Made by a program: the position numbers and the translations under genes
Source: Megamonas sp. UBA1796
GTDB taxonomy: Bacteria; Bacillota; Negativicutes; Selenomonadales; Selenomonadaceae
DNA: 64,000 bases
NCBI GenBank assembly: GCA_002319795.1
Contig: DCFU01000046.1
Location: forward strand, 70,864-134,863
Direction of reading: 5' to 3'
The notes under the pieces: model-generated
What the model saw: the letters and a program-made list of their open reading frames with translations, nothing else
What the model was told of the DNA's origin: nothing
Databases searched by the model: none
Shown: positions 19,553 through 28,674 of the stretch, in pieces
Position numbering within the stretch: the stretch's first letter is position 1
How the letters are laid out: the number at the start of each line of letters is the position of its first letter

Positions 19553-20689
19553 ATGAATATTGTCATTGCCATAGACTCCTTCAAGGGCAGTCTGTCCTCT
19601 GTCGGAGCCGGAAAGATTACCGCAGCTGCCATACAGGATATCGTGCCGTCTGCCCACACACAGGTATTCCCTCTGGCAGACGGAGGCGAAGGAACCGTCG
19701 ATGCCCTTACAGCAGGATTGGGCGGCCATATTGTGCATACGGAGGTCACGGGGCCTTTGGGTAAAAAAATCCCCAGCCGTTATGGCATCATCGAAGCTTC
19801 ATGTACAGCCGTCATTGAAATGGCTGATGCCGCCGGCATTACGCTTGTTCCACCAGCAGAACGCAATCCCCTGCACACAACGACCTACGGTCTGGGGGAA
19901 CTGATTCTCCAGGCAGCAGACAATGGATGCCGGAACTTCATCATCGGCATCGGCGGCAGCGCCACAAACGACTGCGGCATAGGAATGCTCACGGCCCTCG
20001 GCCTGCGTTTCCTTAAGGCAGACGGTACCCCTGCGGGCATTTTTGGCAATGCGCTTACAGATATAGAAACCATCGATGCCAGTACGCTCCATCCAATCAT
20101 AAAAGACTGCAGCTTCCGTGTAGCTTGCGACGTCGTTAACCCGCTTTACGGTGAAAATGGCTGTGCGGCAGTCTTCGGCCCGCAAAAGGGAGCTACGCCC
20201 GAGATCGTAAAAAACATGGATGCTGCTATTCACGCTTTCGCCGACAAAGTAAATACTCAACTTGGCATTGGCAATGCCCTCGAAGCAGGGACTGGTGCCG
20301 CCGGAGGTCTCGGCTATGCCTTCCGCACCTTTCTTCCTGCTACACTGGAGGCGGGGATTACACTCGTCCTGGATGCAATCCATATTGAGGACGCTCTCCG
20401 AAAAGCCGATATTGTAATTACAGGTGAAGGCGGCATGGATTTCCAGACCGCCATGGGAAAAGCTCCGGTAGGCGTCGCCAAGCTCGCTCGAAAAGCAAAT
20501 TCCCAGGTACGTGTGCTGGCCTTCTGCGGCTGTGCATCACCCGAAGCGGAAGCGGTAAACGATAACGGCATCGACGCCTATTTCCCGATCCTGCATCAGG
20601 TCACGACCCTTGCCCAAGCCATGGAGCCTGAAACTGCAGAACGCAATCTCCGGCAGACCGTGCATCAGGTCTTCCGCTTACTCAGATAA
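19553..20689 (+). CDS. glxK: Glycerate kinase
   Basis: The product contains MNIVIAIDSFKGSLSS...PLADGGEGTVDAL...ITGEGGMDFQTAMGKAP, the glycerate kinase family signature. The ATG at 19553 follows GAGGAGG. Confidence 0.9.
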   Translation: MNIVIAIDSFKGSLSSVGAGKITAAAIQDIVPSAHTQVFPLADGGEGTVDALTAGLGGHIVHTEVTGPLGKKIPSRYGIIEASCTAVIEMADAAGITLVPPAERNPLHTTTYGLGELILQAADNGCRNFIIGIGGSATNDCGIGMLTALGLRFLKADGTPAGIFGNALTDIETIDASTLHPIIKDCSFRVACDVVNPLYGENGCAAVFGPQKGATPEIVKNMDAAIHAFADKVNTQLGIGNALEAGTGAAGGLGYAFRTFLPATLEAGITLVLDAIHIEDALRKADIVITGEGGMDFQTAMGKAPVGVAKLARKANSQVRVLAFCGCASPEAEAVNDNGIDAYFPILHQVTTLAQAMEPETAERNLRQTVHQVFRLLR

Positions 20690-20701
20690 GCAACAAACAT
20701 A

Positions 20702-20743
20702 ACCCTGTATCGATGGAGCAGCTCCGCGATACAGGGTATTATT
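20702..20743. terminator. Shared hairpin between convergent glxK and the UPF0597 gene
   Basis: An 11 bp stem (ACCCTGTATCG/CGATACAGGGT) encloses an inner GGAGC/GCTCC stem. The flanks are T-rich. Confidence 0.55.
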
Positions 20744-20752
20744 CTGCCATTT

Positions 20753-22042
20753 TCAGGCTTCGATCTTATCCAGCATGATGTTCAGGATTTCTACATCCGT
20801 CGATTTCATACCTACACGTGCCACGCGCCCTACACTCGCAATTGTCTGTTCAATATCATCCTTTACCAGACCCTCCCCAGACCGGAAGACATGGTTGCAC
20901 TTGCTCAGATGCAGCGCCATGATGGAAGCCTCGACTGCTATGGCAATTTTCGCTGCACAGGAGGGCTTGGCTCCATCACAGACCATGCCACCAACATTTG
21001 TGATACTGTCTGTAATGACATTGCAGATACTCTCATAGTTCATGCCCATCATATAGGCTATTCCCGCAGCACTGCCACAACCGGCACTGACCGCACCGCA
21101 ATACGCGGAAAGACTGCCAATAAAACGCTTCTGATGGATGGCAATGAGATTGCTCACTACCAAGGAACGATACAGCTTTTCCCGGCTGACCTTTAAATGT
21201 TTTGCATACTCAATGACCGGCACAGAAACTGTAATTCCCTGATTGCCGCTGCCAGAATTGATAACGACCGGCAGCGGGCAGCCGCTCATACGCGCATCCG
21301 AACCAGCTGCAGCCCGGGCTTTTGCTCTCAGCTTTACATTCGTATTATCAAACTCCCCGAACAGCGTACGGCCAACCTCTGCACCATAATGTCCCCGCAT
21401 TCCCTCGTCGGCAATCGCTGAATTATACGTTATCTGCCGTTCCAATATTTCCTGCACATCACCAGGTTCTACACAAGCAGCAAACGCCAGGATATCCCGA
21501 ACATTGAGCAGATTTTTTTCTGAAACTCCCCCCCTCTCAGTCTGCGCAAGACCTTCCTCTTTAGAAAATACCACCTCACCGTTCCTGACGATCCGCGTAA
21601 TATTGCTATGATAATCTTTGACAACCACCTCAGCAGACTCATTTCCGGCTGCTGCGCGAATAACAATATAAAGATTCGCTACATTCTCGATGAGCTCACA
21701 GGTACAAAAACCTTCCCTTAAAAGCGCATGACATTTTTCAATATGTTCCGGCGTCACCGCTTCTAATACTGCGAGCTCTTTGGAGGCATCCCCTCCAAGT
21801 ACACCGAGAATAGCGGCCACCTCAATTCCCTTGCCACCACCTGAATTTGGAACGGTTACAGCCTTGACATTCTTGACGATATTACCGGAACAATACACCG
21901 TTATATGTTCCGGCATTCTGCCGAGGACATCACGTACCTTGGCCCCCGCGTAAGCAATAGCGATGGGCTCCGTACATCCCAGTGCCACCACCAGGTCATG
22001 CTGTAAAATATTGTTATACGCTTCATATATTATTTTATCCAT
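20753..22042 (-). CDS. UPF0597 / serine-dehydratase-alpha-like protein (YhaM/CyuA-type L-cysteine desulfidase family)
   Basis: The product begins MDKIIYEAYNNILQHDLVVALGCTEPIAIAYAGA and later has VVINSGSGNQG. It is about 430 aa. I chose the start at 22042, after GAGG. Confidence 0.7.
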   Translation of the reverse strand: MDKIIYEAYNNILQHDLVVALGCTEPIAIAYAGAKVRDVLGRMPEHITVYCSGNIVKNVKAVTVPNSGGGKGIEVAAILGVLGGDASKELAVLEAVTPEHIEKCHALLREGFCTCELIENVANLYIVIRAAAGNESAEVVVKDYHSNITRIVRNGEVVFSKEEGLAQTERGGVSEKNLLNVRDILAFAACVEPGDVQEILERQITYNSAIADEGMRGHYGAEVGRTLFGEFDNTNVKLRAKARAAAGSDARMSGCPLPVVINSGSGNQGITVSVPVIEYAKHLKVSREKLYRSLVVSNLIAIHQKRFIGSLSAYCGAVSAGCGSAAGIAYMMGMNYESICNVITDSITNVGGMVCDGAKPSCAAKIAIAVEASIMALHLSKCNHVFRSGEGLVKDDIEQTIASVGRVARVGMKSTDVEILNIMLDKIEA

Positions 22043-22189
22043 GATATTTAACCTCACAATATAAAATCAAAATATTTCAAATTTTATATATCCACGGTAC
22101 AGGCCATATAAAAGATTTGCTAAAAGCAGAGCCTGCCGCTAATATATAACTATGATAAAAATAGAAAAATCGAAAATGGAGATGCCCCT

Positions 22190-23140
22190 ATGTTGAGTTT
22201 TCTGAACCTCAAATACTTTTTGTTTCTCTCAGAAGAACTGAATTTCCGAAATGCCGCAAAAAAACTTCACATAACCCAGCAATCCCTGAGCGGCCACATA
22301 AAAAAATTGGACAACCATTTTGGTGTTCCCTTATTTGTATACGGTCCGCCACTGGCCATAACGCCTGCCGGCCTGCTTGTAAAAAAGCATGCACAGGAAA
22401 TCCTTAAACATGAACAAGAAATGGAAGATGACATCCTGCATATTTCCAAACAAAAAAGCGGCACCTTGAAAATCGGCTGTACCTACGGACGGGCGCAATT
22501 CTTATTGCCCCCTATTATCCGTGCATTTCAAGAGAAATACCCTTTAGTCGACCTGCAATTGCTGGAGGGCAACACCCCGGATATCGAAGCTGCCCTAAAA
22601 AAGTGTGAAGTCGATGTAACCATTGGCTTCACGCCCGTGAACATGAAGAACATTGTGAGCATTCCACTTTACCATGACCCATTCCGCATGGTCGTGCATC
22701 CTTCTGTATTAGCAAAATATTTTCCGGAACGTAAGCCTATAACCTTTTGCTGCTACAAAGAAGAGCTCATCCGTGCTATTATCAGCCGCTGCCCATTTCT
22801 GACTATGACAGCGAATACTACTATAGGAAAATTTGGTCAGCAATATCTCAAACAATTAGACATTACATCAAATACGCTCTTAGAACTCAAAGACGTTGGC
22901 ACCATGCTTTCCATGTGCTATGCCGAAATGGGATTCATGCTTTGCCCGGAAACCTTCGTGCAGCATTCATTCTACACCTTTTCCCAGCGGCATCTCATAT
23001 ATCCTTTGCCAGACCATATTCCTATGCAGATTTCCGTCAACTATCCCCAGGCAAAAAAGAAATCTGCCTTTGTACAGGGCTTTACAAAAATGGCCTCTGA
23101 CATCCTCCGTGCAAAGTGCTCCAGCCTCAGTCAAGATTGA
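22190..23140 (+). CDS. LysR-family transcriptional regulator
   Basis: The N-terminal HTH is LKYFLFLSEELNFRNAAKKLHITQQSLSGHIKKLDNHFGVPLF, followed by a LysR substrate-binding fold. It is divergent from the UPF0597 gene. Confidence 0.85.
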   Translation: MLSFLNLKYFLFLSEELNFRNAAKKLHITQQSLSGHIKKLDNHFGVPLFVYGPPLAITPAGLLVKKHAQEILKHEQEMEDDILHISKQKSGTLKIGCTYGRAQFLLPPIIRAFQEKYPLVDLQLLEGNTPDIEAALKKCEVDVTIGFTPVNMKNIVSIPLYHDPFRMVVHPSVLAKYFPERKPITFCCYKEELIRAIISRCPFLTMTANTTIGKFGQQYLKQLDITSNTLLELKDVGTMLSMCYAEMGFMLCPETFVQHSFYTFSQRHLIYPLPDHIPMQISVNYPQAKKKSAFVQGFTKMASDILRAKCSSLSQD

Positions 23141-24323
23141 TATGGATTTTCCCACTATTAAATTGTGTCAGCACCTCATAGCCATGCTCGGTAATCAGGA
23201 CCGTGTCCGAATGACGGACCCCGCCCCAGGAACCATCCATAATCCCAGGCTCTACAGTAATTACCATATCGCTCTGTACCTGTAAATAATTTCCAGGAGT
23301 AATTGACGGAAACTCATGTGCCGAACAGCCTACGCCATGTCCAACTCTGCCAGGCAAAAGTTGAGCAAATCCTGCCTGCGAGTATACCTCCGCCGCAGTT
23401 TTATAAAGCTCAGCAAAACAGACTCCAGGCTTCAATATCTTAAAAATGTTTTCCCTGGCCTTCAACATACTGTCATAAGCCTTTTGTTTCAGGTCGTCCA
23501 CCTGCCCCACCATAAGTGTACGTTCATTTTCTGCATGATATCCGTCTACCATTGCCCAGGCCATCGGCAAGGTCAGGTCGCCGTTTTTCGGATGATAATG
23601 CTTTGGACAGTCGCAGCCGTAAGCGATGCGTTCATTCGATAGGCACCAAACATGCAGGCTGTCGATCATACCTCCCTCCGTCGTTCCAAAACCGCAAACT
23701 TCACTGTCACGGAAGCTTTGCTGCCAAAGGCGCCGCATGGCATATTGCCCTTCGGTTGCCGCTTCAGCCTCCGAAGCTCCCTTGGCCAGATAAGCAACGG
23801 TATGTTTTATCCCGACATCAACCAGCAGTGCCGCTTTGCGGATACAAGCAATCTCATAGGAATCTTTAATAAGCCGCATCATATTTACAGGACCGGATAC
23901 AGACGCAACTTCAGAAGGCTGTAGTTTCCCGCAAAGCTTCCTATAAAAATCAACATCCAGGTAGTTCAGCTCCATGCCAATCTTCCTGCCAGCTGTATGG
24001 ACTAAAACAGCACAAACGGCGTCTTCAGCTTTCACAGCTAATGGTACTGCATCTCCCCATTTCCCATAGGTCTGGACATTCGCAACCGCACTCTCATCAA
24101 GTGCATGGAGCCGGCGGAGGCTATGTACCAAAAGGCATGGCTCCTGCTCCGTGCAAAGCACCAAAAAGACCGGCTGCGAATTCAATACCGGATTGAACCC
24201 ACTGAAATACAACACATTTTCTGGTTTTGACAAGACGACTGCCCGCATACCTTCTTCCTGCATCCAATCCTGCATTTTCACAATACGCTGTAAAAAAAAC
24301 TTTTTATCTTTCTCATCCATCAT
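23127..24323 (-). CDS. M24-family (creatinase/prolidase-fold) hydrolase with an incomplete metal-ligand set
   Basis: A creatinase/prolidase N-domain is followed by a pita-bread fold (VGHGVGCSAHEFP, ITVEPG). I chose the start at 24323, after GAGGGGA. Its 3' end overlaps the convergent LysR gene by 14 nt. Confidence 0.75.
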   Translation of the reverse strand: MMDEKDKKFFLQRIVKMQDWMQEEGMRAVVLSKPENVLYFSGFNPVLNSQPVFLVLCTEQEPCLLVHSLRRLHALDESAVANVQTYGKWGDAVPLAVKAEDAVCAVLVHTAGRKIGMELNYLDVDFYRKLCGKLQPSEVASVSGPVNMMRLIKDSYEIACIRKAALLVDVGIKHTVAYLAKGASEAEAATEGQYAMRRLWQQSFRDSEVCGFGTTEGGMIDSLHVWCLSNERIAYGCDCPKHYHPKNGDLTLPMAWAMVDGYHAENERTLMVGQVDDLKQKAYDSMLKARENIFKILKPGVCFAELYKTAAEVYSQAGFAQLLPGRVGHGVGCSAHEFPSITPGNYLQVQSDMVITVEPGIMDGSWGGVRHSDTVLITEHGYEVLTQFNSGKIHINLD

Positions 24324-24397
24324 GGTATATCCCCTCAAAATCCTGACTCACTTCAGTTTTCTGTTCCAAAGGAATTATACCACGATACTTTTATATT

Positions 24398-25705
24398 TTA
24401 TACAAACAAAAATGAATATATACACAGAAATATCAGCTGCAGCGCCGCGATTGTCCAGCCATTCTTTATCATAGACACAAGATCTGTAGACTGCGCAAAT
24501 CCCATAGAACTAAACATGTTCGCTCCCGGATGGATAAAATTTGTTGCCCGGTTCGCAACGATCAGTGCTACGGCCCATACATACGGGTGTATATTGTACT
24601 GTCTCACCATATCACCAAACAAATCATTCGTCATCTTCAAAACGGCTACAGCCGCACCGGTGAGCCCTACGGTCCCCGTCAATCCACCAACAATTGGAAC
24701 AGCTACACGCCCGCCATAATGAACAATCGGCGTCAGCAATGCTGTAACTGCTTTAAATGCGCCGGCCTCAGCCATAAAGTTAATGAAGGGTTCCAAAAAC
24801 AGAAATAACACAAAAAGATGCAGATTGCCCGCCATGCCTTTGATAAAGGTACTCGTAACAACCGGGATACTGAGTCCTCCGGCCATTCCCGTGAGCAGGC
24901 CTATAAGCATCAGTATCACTACAATATAATTCGTATTTGCCTGCCAGTATAAACCAAATGCCACAAAAACAGTAAAAGACAAGATAAATACGAGCGTTGC
25001 TCTCTTGGCCTTATTATCCGGAATAAATGTGTGCTCCACAGGCATATCTTCATATGCATTCGTATCCTTGGTCAATTTCTGCACACGATGTACCATGACC
25101 CATGTAGTCAGAAAGGTAACGGTCAAAACCGGCAGGGAGCATTTTAAAAGCAGTTCGGGATAACTTATGCCCGTAAGGCCTATAAGCATTAGAACAGAAG
25201 GGCTGAATGGGCCCAGAATCAAGGCTTCCTCGCCGCAGGCATGGAAGAGCATTCCCACAACACTTTTAGAAAGCCCCACAGCAGCCGCAATTGGCAATAC
25301 AATAGGTGCAATGACAGCGTTGCCGCCAGCCATAGTTCCCAATAAAGCCACGAGTGTCACCGATGCACACATGATACCGACAATAGCCTTATTCTGGGTA
25401 TTGACGCCTATCGTATAAATAATTTTATGAACAATCGTATGTGTAACTTTCGCAGCCTGCAATACCTCACCCAATCCGCGTCCCAGCATAATAAGCAGAC
25501 CGACAAGGCCCAGGAACGACCCCAGAGATTTCGCCAGAATATCACCAAAAGTAAAGATTGTCTGATGCGTAATAACTGCTCCAATAACAGCGCATAAAAT
25601 AGTCGTAGGGACGGGCTGCTTGTATTTGAATATTAAAATGATATACACAATCAAGGGAATCAAACCTAGCAATCCATGCTGTATCTCTGCTGTTGACATT
25701 TCCAT
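24398..25705 (-). CDS. Polytopic permease, NhaC/YuiF-like (Na+/H+ antiporter-family fold, ion-transporter superfamily)
   Basis: The 435 aa product has about 11-12 hydrophobic segments, and its glycine-rich loop pattern resembles Na_H_antiporter-family permeases. The substrate cannot be inferred. Confidence 0.55.
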   Translation of the reverse strand: MEMSTAEIQHGLLGLIPLIVYIILIFKYKQPVPTTILCAVIGAVITHQTIFTFGDILAKSLGSFLGLVGLLIMLGRGLGEVLQAAKVTHTIVHKIIYTIGVNTQNKAIVGIMCASVTLVALLGTMAGGNAVIAPIVLPIAAAVGLSKSVVGMLFHACGEEALILGPFSPSVLMLIGLTGISYPELLLKCSLPVLTVTFLTTWVMVHRVQKLTKDTNAYEDMPVEHTFIPDNKAKRATLVFILSFTVFVAFGLYWQANTNYIVVILMLIGLLTGMAGGLSIPVVTSTFIKGMAGNLHLFVLFLFLEPFINFMAEAGAFKAVTALLTPIVHYGGRVAVPIVGGLTGTVGLTGAAVAVLKMTNDLFGDMVRQYNIHPYVWAVALIVANRATNFIHPGANMFSSMGFAQSTDLVSMIKNGWTIAALQLIFLCIYSFLFV

Positions 25706-25741
25706 AATATGGGCCCCCTAAAAATTATTTCAATACAATCC

Positions 25742-26746
25742 TTATGATTTTTTTCGCAGGAATTGTTCCGTTTCAGACTTTATATTCTTCACGTAAGACA
25801 ACATTTCCTTATCGAGTGGATAGCGGATGACACAGCCTGGCGCTAAAATCAAATGCCTGCCGCCAGTTGCCTTAATAGTTTCATATATCTCATGGCGTAA
25901 CTGATTCTTATTATGTCGGGTGATATCCATACGTTCAATACCACCTAAAAGCGTTTTGCCGCTAAAAGCAGCAGCTTCCTCAACCGTAGGCAGACTCTGC
26001 CATGCATGCCAATTAAAAATCTGTACCGGATAGTCCTTGAGCAGGTCAAACATAATATCCTCTCCGTGTGCATGCAAAATATTGCACCAGCCCATTGATG
26101 CCTCCAATATTTTCTTATCATAAGGCACCCCGTATTCCGCATAGAACGGTTCATTGCTCACGGCAAAAGAGCTCATCTGCGATGCCAGAAAAACACCATC
26201 TGCACCCATCGAAATTACCTTCTCAACAAGTTTACAGGTAGTCGCGGTAATCCTTTCCAATGCGGCATGGATATCCGCGCCATAGCCTTGTTTAACATAT
26301 TCCATAAGCTTACCGCCACAAAGTTTATCTGCCGTCGTAACCGGGCTGAATACCGTAAATACGACTGGCACATCCTCTCCCTGCAGCTTGTCCAGCAACA
26401 AGTACAGATACTCCTGCTCCCGCTTCAAAGCACCTTTCTCAATAGACAGCTCCTGAATGTTTTTCCAGTCTCCGCCTTGGTTAACCGGTGTCCGTACAAT
26501 CTTCGCTACGCCTCCCTGAATCACTTCGGAATAATCAATTATACAGTCAAAATCCTCAACACTGTACATTCCATTATTCATCGTCTTAACCAAATCAATA
26601 TCATATTCCTTATAAAAGTCATATGTCTTTTGAGCTATTTTTTCAGGCTCCCTATCGAATTGCGGCATATGGCTCCACATTGCATAAGGAACTACTGGCG
26701 GTTTCTCACCAGCCAGCACTTTTTTTATCAATTCCCTTTTATTCAT
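25742..26746 (-). CDS. Uroporphyrinogen-decarboxylase (URO-D) family protein, MtaA/CmuA-like
   Basis: The product is about 335 aa with a TIM-barrel URO-D-like pattern (KPPVVPYAMW...DLVKTMNNG...DGVFLASQ...NILHAHGE). I chose the start at 26746, after AAGGAG. Confidence 0.65.
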   Translation of the reverse strand: MNKRELIKKVLAGEKPPVVPYAMWSHMPQFDREPEKIAQKTYDFYKEYDIDLVKTMNNGMYSVEDFDCIIDYSEVIQGGVAKIVRTPVNQGGDWKNIQELSIEKGALKREQEYLYLLLDKLQGEDVPVVFTVFSPVTTADKLCGGKLMEYVKQGYGADIHAALERITATTCKLVEKVISMGADGVFLASQMSSFAVSNEPFYAEYGVPYDKKILEASMGWCNILHAHGEDIMFDLLKDYPVQIFNWHAWQSLPTVEEAAAFSGKTLLGGIERMDITRHNKNQLRHEIYETIKATGGRHLILAPGCVIRYPLDKEMLSYVKNIKSETEQFLRKKS

Positions 26747-27279
26747 AAAACCAGCTCCTTTAATAATCCAACTCAAACTTTATCCGCCATAGCACCCGTT
26801 TCATATTTTTTGCAAAACGCGGGGCAAACCGTAACCTCTGCCCAATGCTTGGTTTTTATCCCAGTAATTCATACATGTTCTATATGATAAGTAATTTAAT
26901 ATGTTTTGTCAACTTCTGCAATCTTTTTTGACACATACTCTTCACCGCCATAACATGCTGCCTTACCAAATCCACACAAACATGAATTGTAAATTTTCAC
27001 GTTACATGGACTTTATTGATGCGTGAAGTTTAAGTAATTTAATTTTATGATAATTAATCCCTGAGCGTTTGTCTAACGGTTATTTGCTTTGTTTCCAACA
27101 GGCAAACACCTGTCACATTTCTACCATATTATCTTCCACAAGTTCTTCATAACTATCAGGTAAGGGACTTTTCAATGTCTGCAGGAAATCTATATACTCC
27201 GTATATTCCTCAATTATCCACAGAAAAATATCGCATACCGTGTTTTAAAAATACATTATACTGCAGGTAAAATATTGGC

Positions 27280-27311
27280 TAAAAAAACTCCATTGCGTTT
27301 TCAGCAATGGA
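27280..27311 (-). terminator. Rho-independent terminator of the orphan small gene
   Basis: A perfect 9 bp stem (CTCCATTGC/GCAATGGAG) has a 7 nt loop. On the minus strand it is followed by a T7 run. It lies 17 nt after the stop at 27328. Confidence 0.7.
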
Positions 27312-27327
27312 GCGCCTATATGCTTAT

Positions 27328-27636
27328 TCAGTTTCTGCCAAACACCTGGATAATATCGCCACGTTTCTTATGTTTCTCTTCATAAACCGGATATTCACTC
27401 ACTTTCACGGCCTTCGGCAGATGCATGCCCTTAATAGCCGTCAGAGCTCTCTTTTCCAGTATCCACGTAACCTCCACCTCGCTAAGTTCCCGGTCAAGCT
27501 TATAGATACTGTAGTACCGTCTCCAGTCGACACCGGAAACCCATGGCCGCTTGTCTACATAGATAAAATTTTTTTCACCACTGGCTGCACGGCAGCCTGC
27601 CCCCTCCAACTCTACCTCTTTTACCTCTTCCTGCAT
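27328..27636 (-). CDS. Hypothetical protein (102 aa), orphan
   Basis: It has its own RBS (GGGGAGAGG 4 nt before the ATG) and its own terminator. I recognise no family motif. Confidence 0.5.
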   Translation of the reverse strand: MQEEVKEVELEGAGCRAASGEKNFIYVDKRPWVSGVDWRRYYSIYKLDRELSEVEVTWILEKRALTAIKGMHLPKAVKVSEYPVYEEKHKKRGDIIQVFGRN

Positions 27637-27865
27637 ATTGCCTCTCCCCTTTTTAAGAATATTCTATGTTATCCTGACATTTTTACGATTTCACCTTTGA
27701 CTCTGCTATTTATGATTAAATTCTCCACGAAATAATTTTTTCCTCTTTTCCCGTAAGCAGATTCTATATTTTTAAAATCTTCTGTCATATGTATTCTCTA
27801 TAATGCGTATTATAAAGAGAGGCCGATGACCTTACATCCATATCGACCCCTGTCTCTCTGTTATA

Positions 27866-28642
27866 CTACCAGCCGCCAGCCGGTACAAATGCGTGGATAG
27901 CCTTCAGTTGTTCATCAATAATACGCCCCTCCAGGGCAAGCTGCTCTGTCAGTTTCTTCTGCCGAATATCCATATCCTCGCTGCTGCCTACAAGACTCAG
28001 ACTAAAGCCAACCGTCTGCTCTTCACTGAATAAGGGCACAGTGATAGCCGATACCCCGTTTTCCATTTCTTCACGGCACCAGGCCAGACGCTTTTGGCGA
28101 ATATCCATGAGCTCTTCCATGATTTCCTGAACCCCTACCTGCGTATGAGCCGTAAAGGAATGCCGGGGGGACTGCTCGATGAGGTAGCGGAGCTTTTCCT
28201 GCGGCTGAAAAGCCAGAATTGCCTTGGCCGCTGACGAAGCATGCAGTGGCATGCGCTGCCCCACGTGCACAAAATAGGTTTTGCGCTCCGGTTCCGGTTT
28301 ATGCGCGTAAATGCAATAGACCTCGTTGGTCACAAAACGGCAGATATATGCATACAAACGTGTTTTTTCTGCTATAGCATCACAATAAGGCGAAAGGAGC
28401 TCGGAAATGTCCCGTCCTTTTACAAAGCGGCTGCCCCAAATCATCGAAAGCGGCCCCAGATGATATTTTTTTGTCTCGCTCATTTGTACAATAAGCCTGT
28501 AATGCACCATATCCTGTAAAATACGATGCAATGTTCCTTTGCTGAGTCCTGTCTCACAGGCAAGCGCCGTCACCCCAATACCATGCTCATTCTCAAGGCT
28601 GACGGCATCCATAATGCTCACAAAGCGATCCATCCATTCCAT
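27866..28642 (-). CDS. IclR-family transcriptional regulator
   Basis: The N-terminal wHTH is IMDAVSLENEHGIGVTALACETGLSKGTLHRILQDM, followed by an IclR effector domain (258 aa in total). Confidence 0.85.
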   Translation of the reverse strand: MEWMDRFVSIMDAVSLENEHGIGVTALACETGLSKGTLHRILQDMVHYRLIVQMSETKKYHLGPLSMIWGSRFVKGRDISELLSPYCDAIAEKTRLYAYICRFVTNEVYCIYAHKPEPERKTYFVHVGQRMPLHASSAAKAILAFQPQEKLRYLIEQSPRHSFTAHTQVGVQEIMEELMDIRQKRLAWCREEMENGVSAITVPLFSEEQTVGFSLSLVGSSEDMDIRQKKLTEQLALEGRIIDEQLKAIHAFVPAGGW

Positions 28643-28674
28643 GCCCTGACCTCCGGCTTCCTTATCTCTTATTA

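Noticed and set aside
27113-27236. A ~40-codon open frame without a start codon (..EEYTEYIDFLQTLKSPLPDSYEELVEDNMVEM*).
   Set aside because: It has no start codon, no RBS and no recognisable family. I mention it only as a possible remnant in the spacer finding and do not call it as a pseudogene feature.
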